Source of the DNA: a virus | Direction: 5' to 3' (one strand) | Length of the DNA: 64,000 bases | Virus record (IMG/VR): IMGVR_UViG_3300006310_000773 | Shown here: positions 18,987 to 28,737 of the stretch, in pieces | Layout of the letters: each line of letters begins with the position of its first letter | Numbering within the stretch: the first letter of the stretch is position 1 | The notes under the pieces: generated by a model | Databases searched by the model: none | What the model saw: only the letters and a program-made list of their open reading frames with translations | What the model was told of the DNA's origin: nothing | Made by a program: the position numbers and the translations under genes

Positions 18987-19501
18987 TTGACTACTTTAAA
19001 AATGATTGGAAACCTAATTGGAGCAAATATTCTTATAGCGGTTGGGAACTTCTAAACAAAATATCAAATAATGAAACCATACTTGATATAGGTTGTGGTT
19101 ATAATCTCTTTAAAGGACGTTATGGTGATAAATTATATGGTATTGATCCCGCCAATGACAGTGCAGATGAAGTAATATCTATTGAAAAATTCGATGCTGA
19201 CGGTAAACAATGGGATGTGGTTTTATGTCTCGGTAGTTTAAATTTTGGATCTATAGAAGATGTTGAACCACAAGTACAAAAAGCTGTAAAATTAACCAAA
19301 GTTGGTGGAAGATTATATTGGAGACAAAATCCAGGACTAAATGATCATCGTTGGAAAAATCAAGAAAATATTACATTTTTTCCTTGGACATTTGATCTGA
19401 ATTATAAATGGGCAAAAAAATATGGATGCACAGTTATGGGAATGTTATGGGACGACGCTAGAATTTATTCAGAATGGATTAAGGAGAATGAATGTGTTTA
19501 A
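18980..19501 (+). CDS. Class I SAM-dependent methyltransferase
   Basis: Motifs ILDIGCG, YGIDP, WDVVLC and KVGG. Confidence 0.8.
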   Translation: MVIDYFKNDWKPNWSKYSYSGWELLNKISNNETILDIGCGYNLFKGRYGDKLYGIDPANDSADEVISIEKFDADGKQWDVVLCLGSLNFGSIEDVEPQVQKAVKLTKVGGRLYWRQNPGLNDHRWKNQENITFFPWTFDLNYKWAKKYGCTVMGMLWDDARIYSEWIKENECV

Positions 19502-20594
19502 CTACTGCTTTATAACCTAATCCTTCATTAACAAATCTTACTGCATTTTTTAATGTTGATTCATTTACCGCTTCATACATTCTTTTTATAATAAACTCAG
19601 AGTCTTGTCCAATAAATACCCCATAATTTCCTAATTTTTTTAATCTTTCTTTTTGAAATTCCTCATCGAACCACGTTTTTGTTGCAATTGTTACCATATC
19701 ATGATAATATACACTATCCGTAGTCACAAAAAAACTTTTTTGAATACCATCTCTCCACAATCTCAATAAAACATATGCATCATAAACCTCTCCTTTGGGT
19801 TTAAATCCATGAGTTTGTTCAAATATATAATCGAAACATAATCCTTTAAGTTCAGGATTTGGATCATCTACCCATTGACCTGTTTTATAATTCATTTGAC
19901 AATGATGAAACCATATTTCAAGTTCATTGTTAGATAATGCTTTTTTATATTTTGCATTACCTGTATAATTCTGAAAGGTGTCTCTACTTACATTCAATTC
20001 TCCATTTACAAATGCTACAATCCGCGCTCCTCCACTTTTCATACCTTTAACAATAATTACTCTATCTTTAAAACATTTCATAAATTTATCCATATCATTA
20101 GTCTCTGGACACACCATTAGTCCCGCCGCGAAATGATCTGGTTCTGATCCACCCCCAGGATTAAGTGCGAATTTTTGTTTATGGAATTTTGGATTATAAT
20201 CTATCCTTTTGGGAATAAGCATATTGCCAGGATGAATTAATATTGGTTTATATTTTCTAAAATCATAATTTCCAACATCTTCTAATAATGTTGCCATAGC
20301 ATTTCCACCATGACTAGTCATCATATAATTACCGTATTTCAATTTACTTTCAAATTTTCTTAGAGCATTTTTTCCTCTATTTCCTGGGATATATTTAAAA
20401 TCTATTTGTTCAATATTACCTGATAAATTATTATTCATATGTTTACCCCAAAGCCATGCCCATCTCGAGGTTCCTCCTGGCTTTGGTGAACTAGGAATAA
20501 CTGCGTACATTGTATCAGCATTAACCTGGCTGACCATAACCATTGTACCAAAAACAAACAACATACATAATACTAATTGAATAAATTTAAACAT
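19479..20594 (-). CDS. Divergent tripartite tricarboxylate transporter substrate-binding protein (TctC-like)
   Basis: Signal peptide; PGGTSRWA and IPGNRG resemble TctC motifs; coupled to tctA. Confidence 0.6.
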   Translation of the reverse strand: MFKFIQLVLCMLFVFGTMVMVSQVNADTMYAVIPSSPKPGGTSRWAWLWGKHMNNNLSGNIEQIDFKYIPGNRGKNALRKFESKLKYGNYMMTSHGGNAMATLLEDVGNYDFRKYKPILIHPGNMLIPKRIDYNPKFHKQKFALNPGGGSEPDHFAAGLMVCPETNDMDKFMKCFKDRVIIVKGMKSGGARIVAFVNGELNVSRDTFQNYTGNAKYKKALSNNELEIWFHHCQMNYKTGQWVDDPNPELKGLCFDYIFEQTHGFKPKGEVYDAYVLLRLWRDGIQKSFFVTTDSVYYHDMVTIATKTWFDEEFQKERLKKLGNYGVFIGQDSEFIIKRMYEAVNESTLKNAVRFVNEGLGYKAVVKHIHSP

Positions 20595-22032
20595 AATCCA
20601 CCTTTACTTTTTTACTAAAAATGACCATCAATATTGATAACAACATTATTATAATAACGAATGGTCTTATAATTATTTCTTGAAAACTATACAAATCTAT
20701 CAATTGATATGAAAATTGTTCTAATCTTTCACTCAAAATAAATCCCAACAATACCGCTGGCCTGCTAATTTTAAAATGCTTCAGTATAAACCCACAAAAT
20801 GAAAACACAATAAAAAATATTGAATCTTCTAAAATAAATTCATAAAAATTTGAACTTATTATTGCCCACCATGTAACAAGTGCAACAAATGCTATGAAAA
20901 AATATTTATTGATACGAAATATTTTAGATATCGGCCCGGCTAATAATAATCCAAAAATTGTAACTGAAATAGTGCCGACTAGATAACCAATTATTATAGA
21001 ATTTATAAAATTTTTATCCTCTAATATATATAAATCTCCCATAGGAAATCCAATATATTCCCATAATCCCATCGCGATCATTGCCCATGTTGCACCAGGA
21101 ATACCTATGAGAATAGTGGGTATTAATGCTCCTGCCTTGCCGGCATTATTAACTCCTTCTGGTGCGACTATACCTTCTGGCGCGCCCTTACCAAATGGAG
21201 TTGAAAATACCCTTTTCATTTTTGTCGCTATACTATAAGAAATCCATTCTGAACCGCCACCACCATATCCCGGCAATAGTCCATAGAAAAACCCAATTAA
21301 TCCCCCAACAAAACCATGTTTCCATAAACGTATTGCATCAATTATACCTTTTTTTATTTGTTTAAAGTCACTATTTTCTTTAACAGATTTCATATCAAAT
21401 TTACACAATGTATATAATTCTGGAATACAAAATAATCCTGATGCCAATACTGCAATACCTATACCGTCATAAAGATAATATTCCATTCCAAATGCAAATC
21501 TTGGATTTCCTGTAACATCAGAACCAATTGATCCTAAACCAACACCTATAATTACTGCTAAAATACCTTTTAATGGTTTATTACTTGATAATAAACTTAC
21601 ACTCAAAAAACTAAACAATATAATAACCCACATCTCAGGAACTTTCATATATTGTAAAATATATTCATATAATGGAAGAACAATAAGAAATGGAACAAAC
21701 CAAATAATACCTTGTATACCACTAGTGGTTAATGCTAAACTAATTGCGTAAGAACTTTGTCCTGCTTTGGTGAGTGGGAATCCATCAACCATTGTCGCCG
21801 CAGAAGAATTAGATCCGGGAATTCCAATATAAACTCCTGAAAAACTATCTCCTATTGTGCACGCAACAACCGCTGCCATAGAAAATGCGACAAATTCATA
21901 TGGTATATGTGAAAAATGATTTACAACACTAAACAGCATTATTAATGCTTTGGTGGGCCCTGAAACGGGAATTATGCCTATAAATAATCCATAAAGTGAA
22001 CCCAATATAGTCCACATCAACAATTCAAACAT
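20587..22032 (-). CDS. tctA: Tripartite tricarboxylate transporter permease TctA
   Basis: Polytopic membrane protein; GIPGSNSSAATMVDGFPL, GLLPG, APEGVNNA, IPTILIGIPG and LLGFIL. Confidence 0.9.
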   Translation of the reverse strand: MFELLMWTILGSLYGLFIGIIPVSGPTKALIMLFSVVNHFSHIPYEFVAFSMAAVVACTIGDSFSGVYIGIPGSNSSAATMVDGFPLTKAGQSSYAISLALTTSGIQGIIWFVPFLIVLPLYEYILQYMKVPEMWVIILFSFLSVSLLSSNKPLKGILAVIIGVGLGSIGSDVTGNPRFAFGMEYYLYDGIGIAVLASGLFCIPELYTLCKFDMKSVKENSDFKQIKKGIIDAIRLWKHGFVGGLIGFFYGLLPGYGGGGSEWISYSIATKMKRVFSTPFGKGAPEGIVAPEGVNNAGKAGALIPTILIGIPGATWAMIAMGLWEYIGFPMGDLYILEDKNFINSIIIGYLVGTISVTIFGLLLAGPISKIFRINKYFFIAFVALVTWWAIISSNFYEFILEDSIFFIVFSFCGFILKHFKISRPAVLLGFILSERLEQFSYQLIDLYSFQEIIIRPFVIIIMLLSILMVIFSKKVKVDYV

Positions 22033-22047
22033 AATTTTTATAATTCT

Positions 22048-22482
22048 TTATACGGGAAATACTTCTTTAGCTTCATTATTAAATATAATTTGACAATTAT
22101 CACATACTCTCTTTGCATAGTCATTTGCATCAGGAATACCTGTCTCACTTATAATATAATGTGCTTTCTCTACTGTTCTAGTCCACCCAATTCCCGCAGG
22201 CAATGTATCAAGAGGTTCATCTTTTATTTGGTCCCATCTTTTGTCAGAAAATATAAATGTTTTTTGAAATCCATTTCCATTTTGCGTAAGCTCGTCAGTT
22301 ACTACTAAATCACCATTTTCTAGATCATCATTTATATCATTGTCAGATGCCAGTAGATACTGTCCTTTGGCGGCTTCGATGTCATCACTGAACATTGCTA
22401 AAGCCTCAGATAAAGTTTCAAATGATGAAAAATCTAATTTTGAAAAAGATTTTTGAAAAGTTATAATAAGTCTTGCAGACAT
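22048..22482 (-). CDS. Hypothetical protein (paralog of 22530-22922)
   Basis: ORF with RBS and late-promoter motifs upstream; shares the ELT..GF.....D.RW...GW.R pattern with its neighbour. Confidence 0.55.
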   Translation of the reverse strand: MSARLIITFQKSFSKLDFSSFETLSEALAMFSDDIEAAKGQYLLASDNDINDDLENGDLVVTDELTQNGNGFQKTFIFSDKRWDQIKDEPLDTLPAGIGWTRTVEKAHYIISETGIPDANDYAKRVCDNCQIIFNNEAKEVFPV

Positions 22483-22495
22483 TTTAAATTCCTTT

Positions 22496-22523
22496 TATTT
22501 ATATGGTTACATTTATATTTATA
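22496..22523 (-). promoter_or_regulatory. Two tandem T4-type late promoters TATAAATA (22496-22503, 22516-22523)
   Basis: Two exact consensus copies in a 47 bp intergenic gap. Confidence 0.65.
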
Positions 22524-22529
22524 TAAAGT

Positions 22530-22922
22530 TTAAATTTCTATTCGATTCCATCCGTTTCCTACTACAGGAACTGGAATTGATTGAACAATTGCCCATCGTT
22601 CATCAGTCCATGTTCTAGTAATTTTAAAACCAGTTTTGTCGACTGTCAATTCTTGTATGTGTTTTTCATACAGATAAGAATTCCAGGAATCATCTATCTC
22701 GTCGCCCCCTTTTGCTATCGTCCTAATTTCTTTTACTCCAGCGCCTTCTATTACTTTTTTAAATTTCGTATTAATTCCTAAAGTCTTAGATTGGGAGAGC
22801 TCCGCATCGAATGTATTAACTATATGAGGATTCGCCTTCTCAAATGCCATCTTTGCTTCCACGACAGTTGAATAAGTAGTTCCTGTAATATTTGTGAATA
22901 TGACTATGGTTGTTACTGACAT
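22530..22922 (-). CDS. Hypothetical protein (paralog of 22048-22482)
   Basis: See the neighbouring ORF. Confidence 0.55.
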   Translation of the reverse strand: MSVTTIVIFTNITGTTYSTVVEAKMAFEKANPHIVNTFDAELSQSKTLGINTKFKKVIEGAGVKEIRTIAKGGDEIDDSWNSYLYEKHIQELTVDKTGFKITRTWTDERWAIVQSIPVPVVGNGWNRIEI

Positions 22923-22924
22923 TT

Positions 22925-23533
22925 CTATTCTTCTTCGTATATAATGTAGTCCTTATATTTGTTGATACTTCTTTTTAAAATTTCATAGTGTTTTTGTTTA
23001 TTAACCCAAAAATGAGTAAAAAGTATAAATCTATCAGGATCATAATTACCACCATGAGTTGTATCTGTACTTCGTATAACACACCAATCAGTATCTATTG
23101 GCATTTTAGCTAAAACTGTTTCTCCATTATTTTTTTGAATATAAGGATTTTTAATATTGTTATCATATTGTATTGTCATTCGATAGCCACATGGTTGTAA
23201 ACTTTTTTCATGTTTCCATAAATCTGCGTTTTTATCTGGTGTTAAAAAATCAATATGCATTTCAGTAGCCTTTAAATAATTATTAATTCTAACATTAACT
23301 AGATGATCAATTGGTAAATTTTTATCAATATATTTTGTTAGAGAAGATTCTTCAATCCACGATGATTTACTATAATTTTTATTTGTTGTAGTAAATTTTT
23401 GATATTGAAATGCTTGAGCACCTGTTCCATCATCCGGCGGTGAGTCACCAACAAAATTATCTATAAGATCTTTTTTATATTGATATTTTGGAATGTCGAC
23501 TGGCATCCATAAAATATTATCAAAATTATTCAT
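22925..23533 (-). CDS. Putative Fe(II)/2OG oxygenase-like (cupin) protein
   Basis: HxD (MHID) with a distal H (THGG) and a following Arg. Confidence 0.4.
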   Translation of the reverse strand: MNNFDNILWMPVDIPKYQYKKDLIDNFVGDSPPDDGTGAQAFQYQKFTTTNKNYSKSSWIEESSLTKYIDKNLPIDHLVNVRINNYLKATEMHIDFLTPDKNADLWKHEKSLQPCGYRMTIQYDNNIKNPYIQKNNGETVLAKMPIDTDWCVIRSTDTTHGGNYDPDRFILFTHFWVNKQKHYEILKRSINKYKDYIIYEEE

Positions 23534-23542
23534 ATTTCTTTC

Positions 23543-24124
23543 TTAACGTTTTTTAAATACAGTCATAAAATGTCTTTGTTGTCCTTCATCTTCAGTAAGT
23601 ATAGAATCAACTTTTTCCGAAGAAATAATATCCAAATATTCTTGATCTCTCCATCCAAATGCTGTAAGAGGATCATCATTTCCATGAGCTGATACTGATG
23701 CTACCATCATTCCATTTTTTTCTAAAGAATCTGAAAAGAATTTTGCTGTATCTGATTGAAGATGTGATTTGTTAAATCCTCCAATAATTGTTATACATTT
23801 ATATTTTCTTGGTAATGGAAATTCTTTCATATCATGCAAAATTATGTCACGATAATTAGTCGCCTCAAATGTATCAATCATTTTTTGATTAACATCATAT
23901 CCATCTATAATATAATCATTATTATTAAAACCAATACCAATCTGACCATTACCACATGCAACATCTGCTATTTCAGTACCTAATTCAAAATTCCTTTTTA
24001 CCCAATCACATGCATAACGTATAGGACCTTCCATCCAACCGACCTTCATTGTCCAAGCGTGATAATCCCAATCCTTATATAATTCTTCAACACTTTTACT
24101 ATAAACTTCATCAAGCCAAGTCAT
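23543..24124 (-). CDS. Class I SAM-dependent methyltransferase
   Basis: Motifs ELYKDW, IADVACGNG and DGYDVNQKM. Confidence 0.8.
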   Translation of the reverse strand: MTWLDEVYSKSVEELYKDWDYHAWTMKVGWMEGPIRYACDWVKRNFELGTEIADVACGNGQIGIGFNNNDYIIDGYDVNQKMIDTFEATNYRDIILHDMKEFPLPRKYKCITIIGGFNKSHLQSDTAKFFSDSLEKNGMMVASVSAHGNDDPLTAFGWRDQEYLDIISSEKVDSILTEDEGQQRHFMTVFKKR

Positions 24125-24127
24125 ATT

Positions 24128-25009
24128 TTATTCCTTTATAATAGTTGTGTAATCAAATGCGACTCTCCATAATTCTCTAGACTTATTCACAACATGTGAA
24201 CGTCTATGTATAGTATACAATTGATCCATAATTAATAAATCTCCCTTTTTAAATACAAAATGTTTTTGATATATTGACCTATCTAATATTTTTTTAAGTT
24301 TATCTTTTATAATATTTACATCTATCAACTTTCCATTTTTCCATGCCTTTTCTGTTAAAGATGGTTGCCAATATAAAAATTCTTCTCCACCAATTGGATG
24401 AACATTCACAATTGACATGCGTTCATCTCCCTTATGATGTGCCGGAATAGTATAATCTTTCACAACAGCAATCTCATTATCCTTGCCGGCCATTGTGTAT
24501 TTCACTTCATGCGCCATCATGTTCCCAATTGCTTCCCGGTCAGCCCGATCCTTTTGTGCGTCATCTATAGATCCGAATACGCCATAATTAAAATTATTTA
24601 ATTGTATTTCAACAGTACGCCAGTAATCTTTTTCATTATTAGGTAAATCTAAAAAAGATCTTCTTTGATCTAATAAACTAAAAACAGTATCACGACATTC
24701 TTCCACACAATACAAAGCAGTTAATATTTCTTTAAAATCTCCTATATGTATCATAGTACCATCCCCATGCCACTCTAAATCTGCCATACCAAACAAACCT
24801 TTATACATTACTCTCGATATATCTGGATTATCTTTTGGATTAAAAGGCATGTAACCCAACACATCATCGTCTGTATTTCCTATACGCCTACAATAATTAA
24901 CTAATTGAGATTGAGTTAAATTCTGTTCGTGATAAAAAGTATAGCCATGTTTTAATACTTTCTGTATTTCTGATTTTAATTCTAAATCTGTAAATTCTAA
25001 TACTTGCAT
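24128..25009 (-). CDS. TauD/TfdA-family Fe(II)/2OG dioxygenase
   Basis: EWHGDG, VHP..GE, GDLLIMDQLYTIHRR and RELWR. Confidence 0.85.
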   Translation of the reverse strand: MQVLEFTDLELKSEIQKVLKHGYTFYHEQNLTQSQLVNYCRRIGNTDDDVLGYMPFNPKDNPDISRVMYKGLFGMADLEWHGDGTMIHIGDFKEILTALYCVEECRDTVFSLLDQRRSFLDLPNNEKDYWRTVEIQLNNFNYGVFGSIDDAQKDRADREAIGNMMAHEVKYTMAGKDNEIAVVKDYTIPAHHKGDERMSIVNVHPIGGEEFLYWQPSLTEKAWKNGKLIDVNIIKDKLKKILDRSIYQKHFVFKKGDLLIMDQLYTIHRRSHVVNKSRELWRVAFDYTTIIKE

Positions 25010-26434
25010 TTATATTTCACTATGTGGTTTAATACTCAATGTTGATATTATTTCATTAGGAAAATCATCTAACAAACTTACTAATTTTGATTTTTGATGT
25101 TTCGTTTTTCCACCATAATACAATTTTTCAGTAACATGATATATATTATGCGGACGTTTATATTTTTGAAGTTCTTCAAACCGTTTAGCAAGATTATTAA
25201 TATCAGCCGATCCTGTATAAATTACATAATGTATTTCATCACGAGAACAACTTGATACCTCATTAACTCCTGGTTCTAGTAATGCTTGAGCCTCTACTAA
25301 TCCTGTGTAAACTTTTACGCCATCTTTCATAAAAATTACATCATCAAAAACTCTACCATCATAATACCATTTTCCGTTCGCAATTTTCATTTTATCACCA
25401 TCAGTCATCCAATCATTAAGTCCATACTTGTACCACAATACGCCCCCATCATCTACTTTTAATTCTCCCCAATAATAAGTTTTATAAAAACCATAAAAAT
25501 TATCTAATGAATCTCCTGGCCTATATTCAGATCTTGTATGACAATCCGCTTCAGTGCTCGCCATTACATTATAAATTACTTTCCATTTAAACTTTTTCTC
25601 AATATCTCTAATAATATTTTCTCCCGTATGCCCTCCAGCAAATTCCCAATAATCTACCTCAAAATCAAAATCATCAGGACATGCATCAAGTAATCTTTTT
25701 ACAGCATTAGGATAAGACGCCACAAGATTTGGTTTCACTTTTTGAAATTGTTCTGGAATATTATCCACTGTTTCATTTATAAAATGAATTGTTCCGCCTG
25801 TATAATAAGCTCTAGCTAAATTCCAAACAAGATAGGTTGATTCAAATCCTCCATTTTGTAACATTATGGGTCTTTTATTATTAAAAAGTTCAGGGGATAC
25901 TTCTTTCAAATGTCCGGTCATAGAACCCATTGTACAACCCCTCAATGTTTCCCCATTAACATTAGCTTGAGCATGATCCTCATAATCCCAAAAAAATGGC
26001 CATAATTCAAATATAGGTTTTACTGTAGTACCACTAGTCATTCCTCTATACATCTCATTGGGGTGTAATAATGTGGAAGGAATTTTGCCCTCACTATCTG
26101 GTTCATGTAACATTTTAATTTTATTTGAACGTATAACACAACTGGCATTACTGTCACCAATTAAAGAATCTAATTCTATATTTGATTGATCTGCTGAAGC
26201 TTGACTAGCTGATCCACCATTTTTTATACTAGCAAGAATCCATAACATATCATCCAGAGTTTTAACTTCTTCAGCTACTACAAAAACAACATGAGGTCCC
26301 AATCCGTGTTTTTTTAAAATTTCAATTTTTTCATCTAACATGTTATGTAAATTTTTCCATGTAACATGTTCTGTTGATAAACTTATGAATACATCATCTT
26401 CATTAAGCGGTGCTTGATATTGTTTTAGTGTCAT
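25010..26434 (-). CDS. Adenylate-forming (AMP-binding, acyl-CoA synthetase-like) enzyme
   Basis: MTSGTT P-loop, ASTEA, WMTDGD, YYDGR..D and QKYKRP. Confidence 0.7.
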   Translation of the reverse strand: MTLKQYQAPLNEDDVFISLSTEHVTWKNLHNMLDEKIEILKKHGLGPHVVFVVAEEVKTLDDMLWILASIKNGGSASQASADQSNIELDSLIGDSNASCVIRSNKIKMLHEPDSEGKIPSTLLHPNEMYRGMTSGTTVKPIFELWPFFWDYEDHAQANVNGETLRGCTMGSMTGHLKEVSPELFNNKRPIMLQNGGFESTYLVWNLARAYYTGGTIHFINETVDNIPEQFQKVKPNLVASYPNAVKRLLDACPDDFDFEVDYWEFAGGHTGENIIRDIEKKFKWKVIYNVMASTEADCHTRSEYRPGDSLDNFYGFYKTYYWGELKVDDGGVLWYKYGLNDWMTDGDKMKIANGKWYYDGRVFDDVIFMKDGVKVYTGLVEAQALLEPGVNEVSSCSRDEIHYVIYTGSADINNLAKRFEELQKYKRPHNIYHVTEKLYYGGKTKHQKSKLVSLLDDFPNEIISTLSIKPHSEI

Positions 26435-26880
26435 ATTTTCTCTTCAGGATAATACCACCATCCAGCATCTGGTTCATATTTAAATATCGATATTCCCACT
26501 CTTTCAGTTTCAATATTTTCTATTGAATGTTCTATACCAGCATTAAACTTGTGCCATTTTTTTTCTGGTATACATGTTCTATAAAGTTCTTTACCTTTGT
26601 CCCACCACACAGTTTCTACATTGCTGCCACCTGCTTGTAAAATATAATTATAATTTGTAGTCCTATCAACATCAATATGTTTGGGTATACCATTTCTTAA
26701 AATTTGATACTTGAAATTATCACATTCAGGAAATAAATGTTTTAGAAAATTTGTTAACTCATCTTCACAATAATAAATTCCGTATATTTCTTTATTTCCT
26801 GGCCAAATATTTTCTTTTAATTTTATTGATTCAGTATCTAAAAAACAAGGTGGGCCTGGTAAATCTAAAAATTCAATCAT
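26431..26880 (-). CDS. Putative Fe(II)/2OG oxygenase-like (cupin) protein
   Basis: KHIDVDR ... HSIENI ... R pattern. Confidence 0.5.
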   Translation of the reverse strand: MIEFLDLPGPPCFLDTESIKLKENIWPGNKEIYGIYYCEDELTNFLKHLFPECDNFKYQILRNGIPKHIDVDRTTNYNYILQAGGSNVETVWWDKGKELYRTCIPEKKWHKFNAGIEHSIENIETERVGISIFKYEPDAGWWYYPEEKI

Positions 26881-27559
26881 TTTTTCTTATCTCTATCAAA
26901 TTTTTAAGAGTTTCATATACATACATTTTATATTCTTCATCTGTACCCTCAAATAAATCACGCATAACTGCATCTTTATTTTCTTCTAATCTTTTTGCAT
27001 GAGATGTGAGATAATTTGGTCTAAAATCTGACAAGTTTAAATAAGCTGGAAAGTTTGCAGTAGTTTTTAAATAATGCTCAACAACAACATTTATATCATT
27101 TGGTATTATTTCTTCTATCCTAGCATTAGGAAACGTTGCTTTTATTTTTGACTTTGTTACATGCACAGGATACATTATATATTTTCCACTTTCCATTATT
27201 TCTAAACCACCTCGTGCCTCAAACAGTTTTTCAAATAATGGATAATATTCATCAATATCATTATAGTAAGGTTCAATTACATTAAATAATGGGGGTAACA
27301 TTTTGCCGTCTATCATTCTATCAAAATGATTTGGAGCAACTAATCTGCGTGATATTGAATATTCATTGATTGATGTATCAAGTGGAACTATACCATTTTC
27401 TTTACAAGAATACCAATATACGTCATCATTATCATTAGCAAGGTTTCTGCCTAATCTATGTCCACCCGCACCTTGTTCAAATGCAATGAATAAAAATTTA
27501 TCATGTTCAAATAAGTCTACCATCATAATACATTCTATTATTATTATAGTGGGATTCAA
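26873..27559 (-). CDS. Hypothetical protein (likely start MMVDLF ~27526)
   Basis: ORF coupled in the operon; Gly-rich FEQGAGGHRL motif near the N-terminus. Confidence 0.5.
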   Translation of the reverse strand: MNPTIIIIECIMMVDLFEHDKFLFIAFEQGAGGHRLGRNLANDNDDVYWYSCKENGIVPLDTSINEYSISRRLVAPNHFDRMIDGKMLPPLFNVIEPYYNDIDEYYPLFEKLFEARGGLEIMESGKYIMYPVHVTKSKIKATFPNARIEEIIPNDINVVVEHYLKTTANFPAYLNLSDFRPNYLTSHAKRLEENKDAVMRDLFEGTDEEYKMYVYETLKNLIEIRKND

Positions 27560-28202
27560 TTAAATAAACTAAATCATTTGTATTATACCAATCATCATAG
27601 ATACACGTATCTCCCCTTACAAATAATTTACCATCTTCAATCTTCCAATCACAATAATACGTATCACCCAATATTGTTTCTTTTCTTTTAACTTCTTGTA
27701 TTTGATCCAAATTATAAAACACTTTATTAATTGTTAAGGGTCCTATTTCACTCATACCCCAATTTGCCATAAATGTTGCTCCTTTGTTTACAAATGATTC
27801 TATAATATGCCATTCAACAGGATTGGAACCACAAGTAATCCATATACCCTTTAAATTTAAATCCTTAAATCCTTTTGTTTTAATAATTGCTTTTGCATGA
27901 TCTGGAGCTAAATGAGTATGAGTATATTTGTTTATTTCTTTAACAAATTTATAAGCATTAAATTGTTCAACTGTTACCTCTGCACCAATACTAAAGGCGG
28001 GTAAGGTTTGTGCCAATAATCCTCCTGCATGCTCCATTTTACATACAGTATAAATTTTAGATTTTTTTGTAATTTGTTGACATTCTATTGCTATCTTATT
28101 ACATGCCTCTAAATTTTCTGGAGTCCTAAAAATATGTTTTTGTATTCCTGTTGTACCACTACTTTTAACAAAAACTCCTTCGCTTAACATATTCTTGTAC
28201 AT
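27507..28202 (-). CDS. Minimal AMP-binding/adenylation-domain protein
   Basis: KSSGTTG, HAGGL, WGMSEIGP, WYNTND and YYDGR; lacks the C-terminal subdomain. Confidence 0.7.
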   Translation of the reverse strand: MYKNMLSEGVFVKSSGTTGIQKHIFRTPENLEACNKIAIECQQITKKSKIYTVCKMEHAGGLLAQTLPAFSIGAEVTVEQFNAYKFVKEINKYTHTHLAPDHAKAIIKTKGFKDLNLKGIWITCGSNPVEWHIIESFVNKGATFMANWGMSEIGPLTINKVFYNLDQIQEVKRKETILGDTYYCDWKIEDGKLFVRGDTCIYDDWYNTNDLVYLIESHYNNNRMYYDGRLI

Positions 28203-28737
28203 TTAATTTCCATATAGTTTGTTCTGTATGATATAATATAGTATCACATACTTTATCAAGTATTCCTTGTTTTGCTAATAAACCCATTAATTTATGATTT
28301 CGTAATGCCTTACCACTATGCTCATTGGAAATATTTGTAGTTATATACAAATTATCTGTATGACAATAATCTATATAAACTGGGATAAAATCTCTCCATG
28401 TTATTGTATTCCAATTACCTTTATTCAATCCACTATAAGGACTTATTTTAGGTAACTCACATCCTCTGAAATTAATTCTCCATCCGTTTTCATCTATTTC
28501 TGGTAATGGATGACAACCACCAACGGCAACAATTTCATCATCTTTGATTGCACAATAGTATTCACCCCAATCTTTACACCATTCTAGTTTCATTGACTTA
28601 AAGGATGAGTTATTTGTATATCCTAAGTCTTTACATTTATCACAAAATATTTGGAGTTTGCTATGTAGTTGATTAGTGATTGGTTTTATATTGAAAATCC
28701 CCATGCTCTTTCCTGACACCACCAACATATACCACAA
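28165..28737 (-). CDS. GNAT-like acyltransferase (tentative)
   Basis: YYCAIKDDEIVAVGG beta-hairpin pattern; size ~180 aa. Confidence 0.4.
   Translation of the reverse strand: MWYMLVVSGKSMGIFNIKPITNQLHSKLQIFCDKCKDLGYTNNSSFKSMKLEWCKDWGEYYCAIKDDEIVAVGGCHPLPEIDENGWRINFRGCELPKISPYSGLNKGNWNTITWRDFIPVYIDYCHTDNLYITTNISNEHSGKALRNHKLMGLLAKQGILDKVCDTILYHTEQTIWKLNVQEYVKRRSFC

Noticed and set aside
12301-22032. Bacterial contamination or prophage boundary suggested by aapJ, tctA and Pycsar-like genes
   Set aside because: These genes are interleaved and coupled with core T4-like genes (gp13-gp17), lack their usual operon partners, and no integrase or att site is evident.
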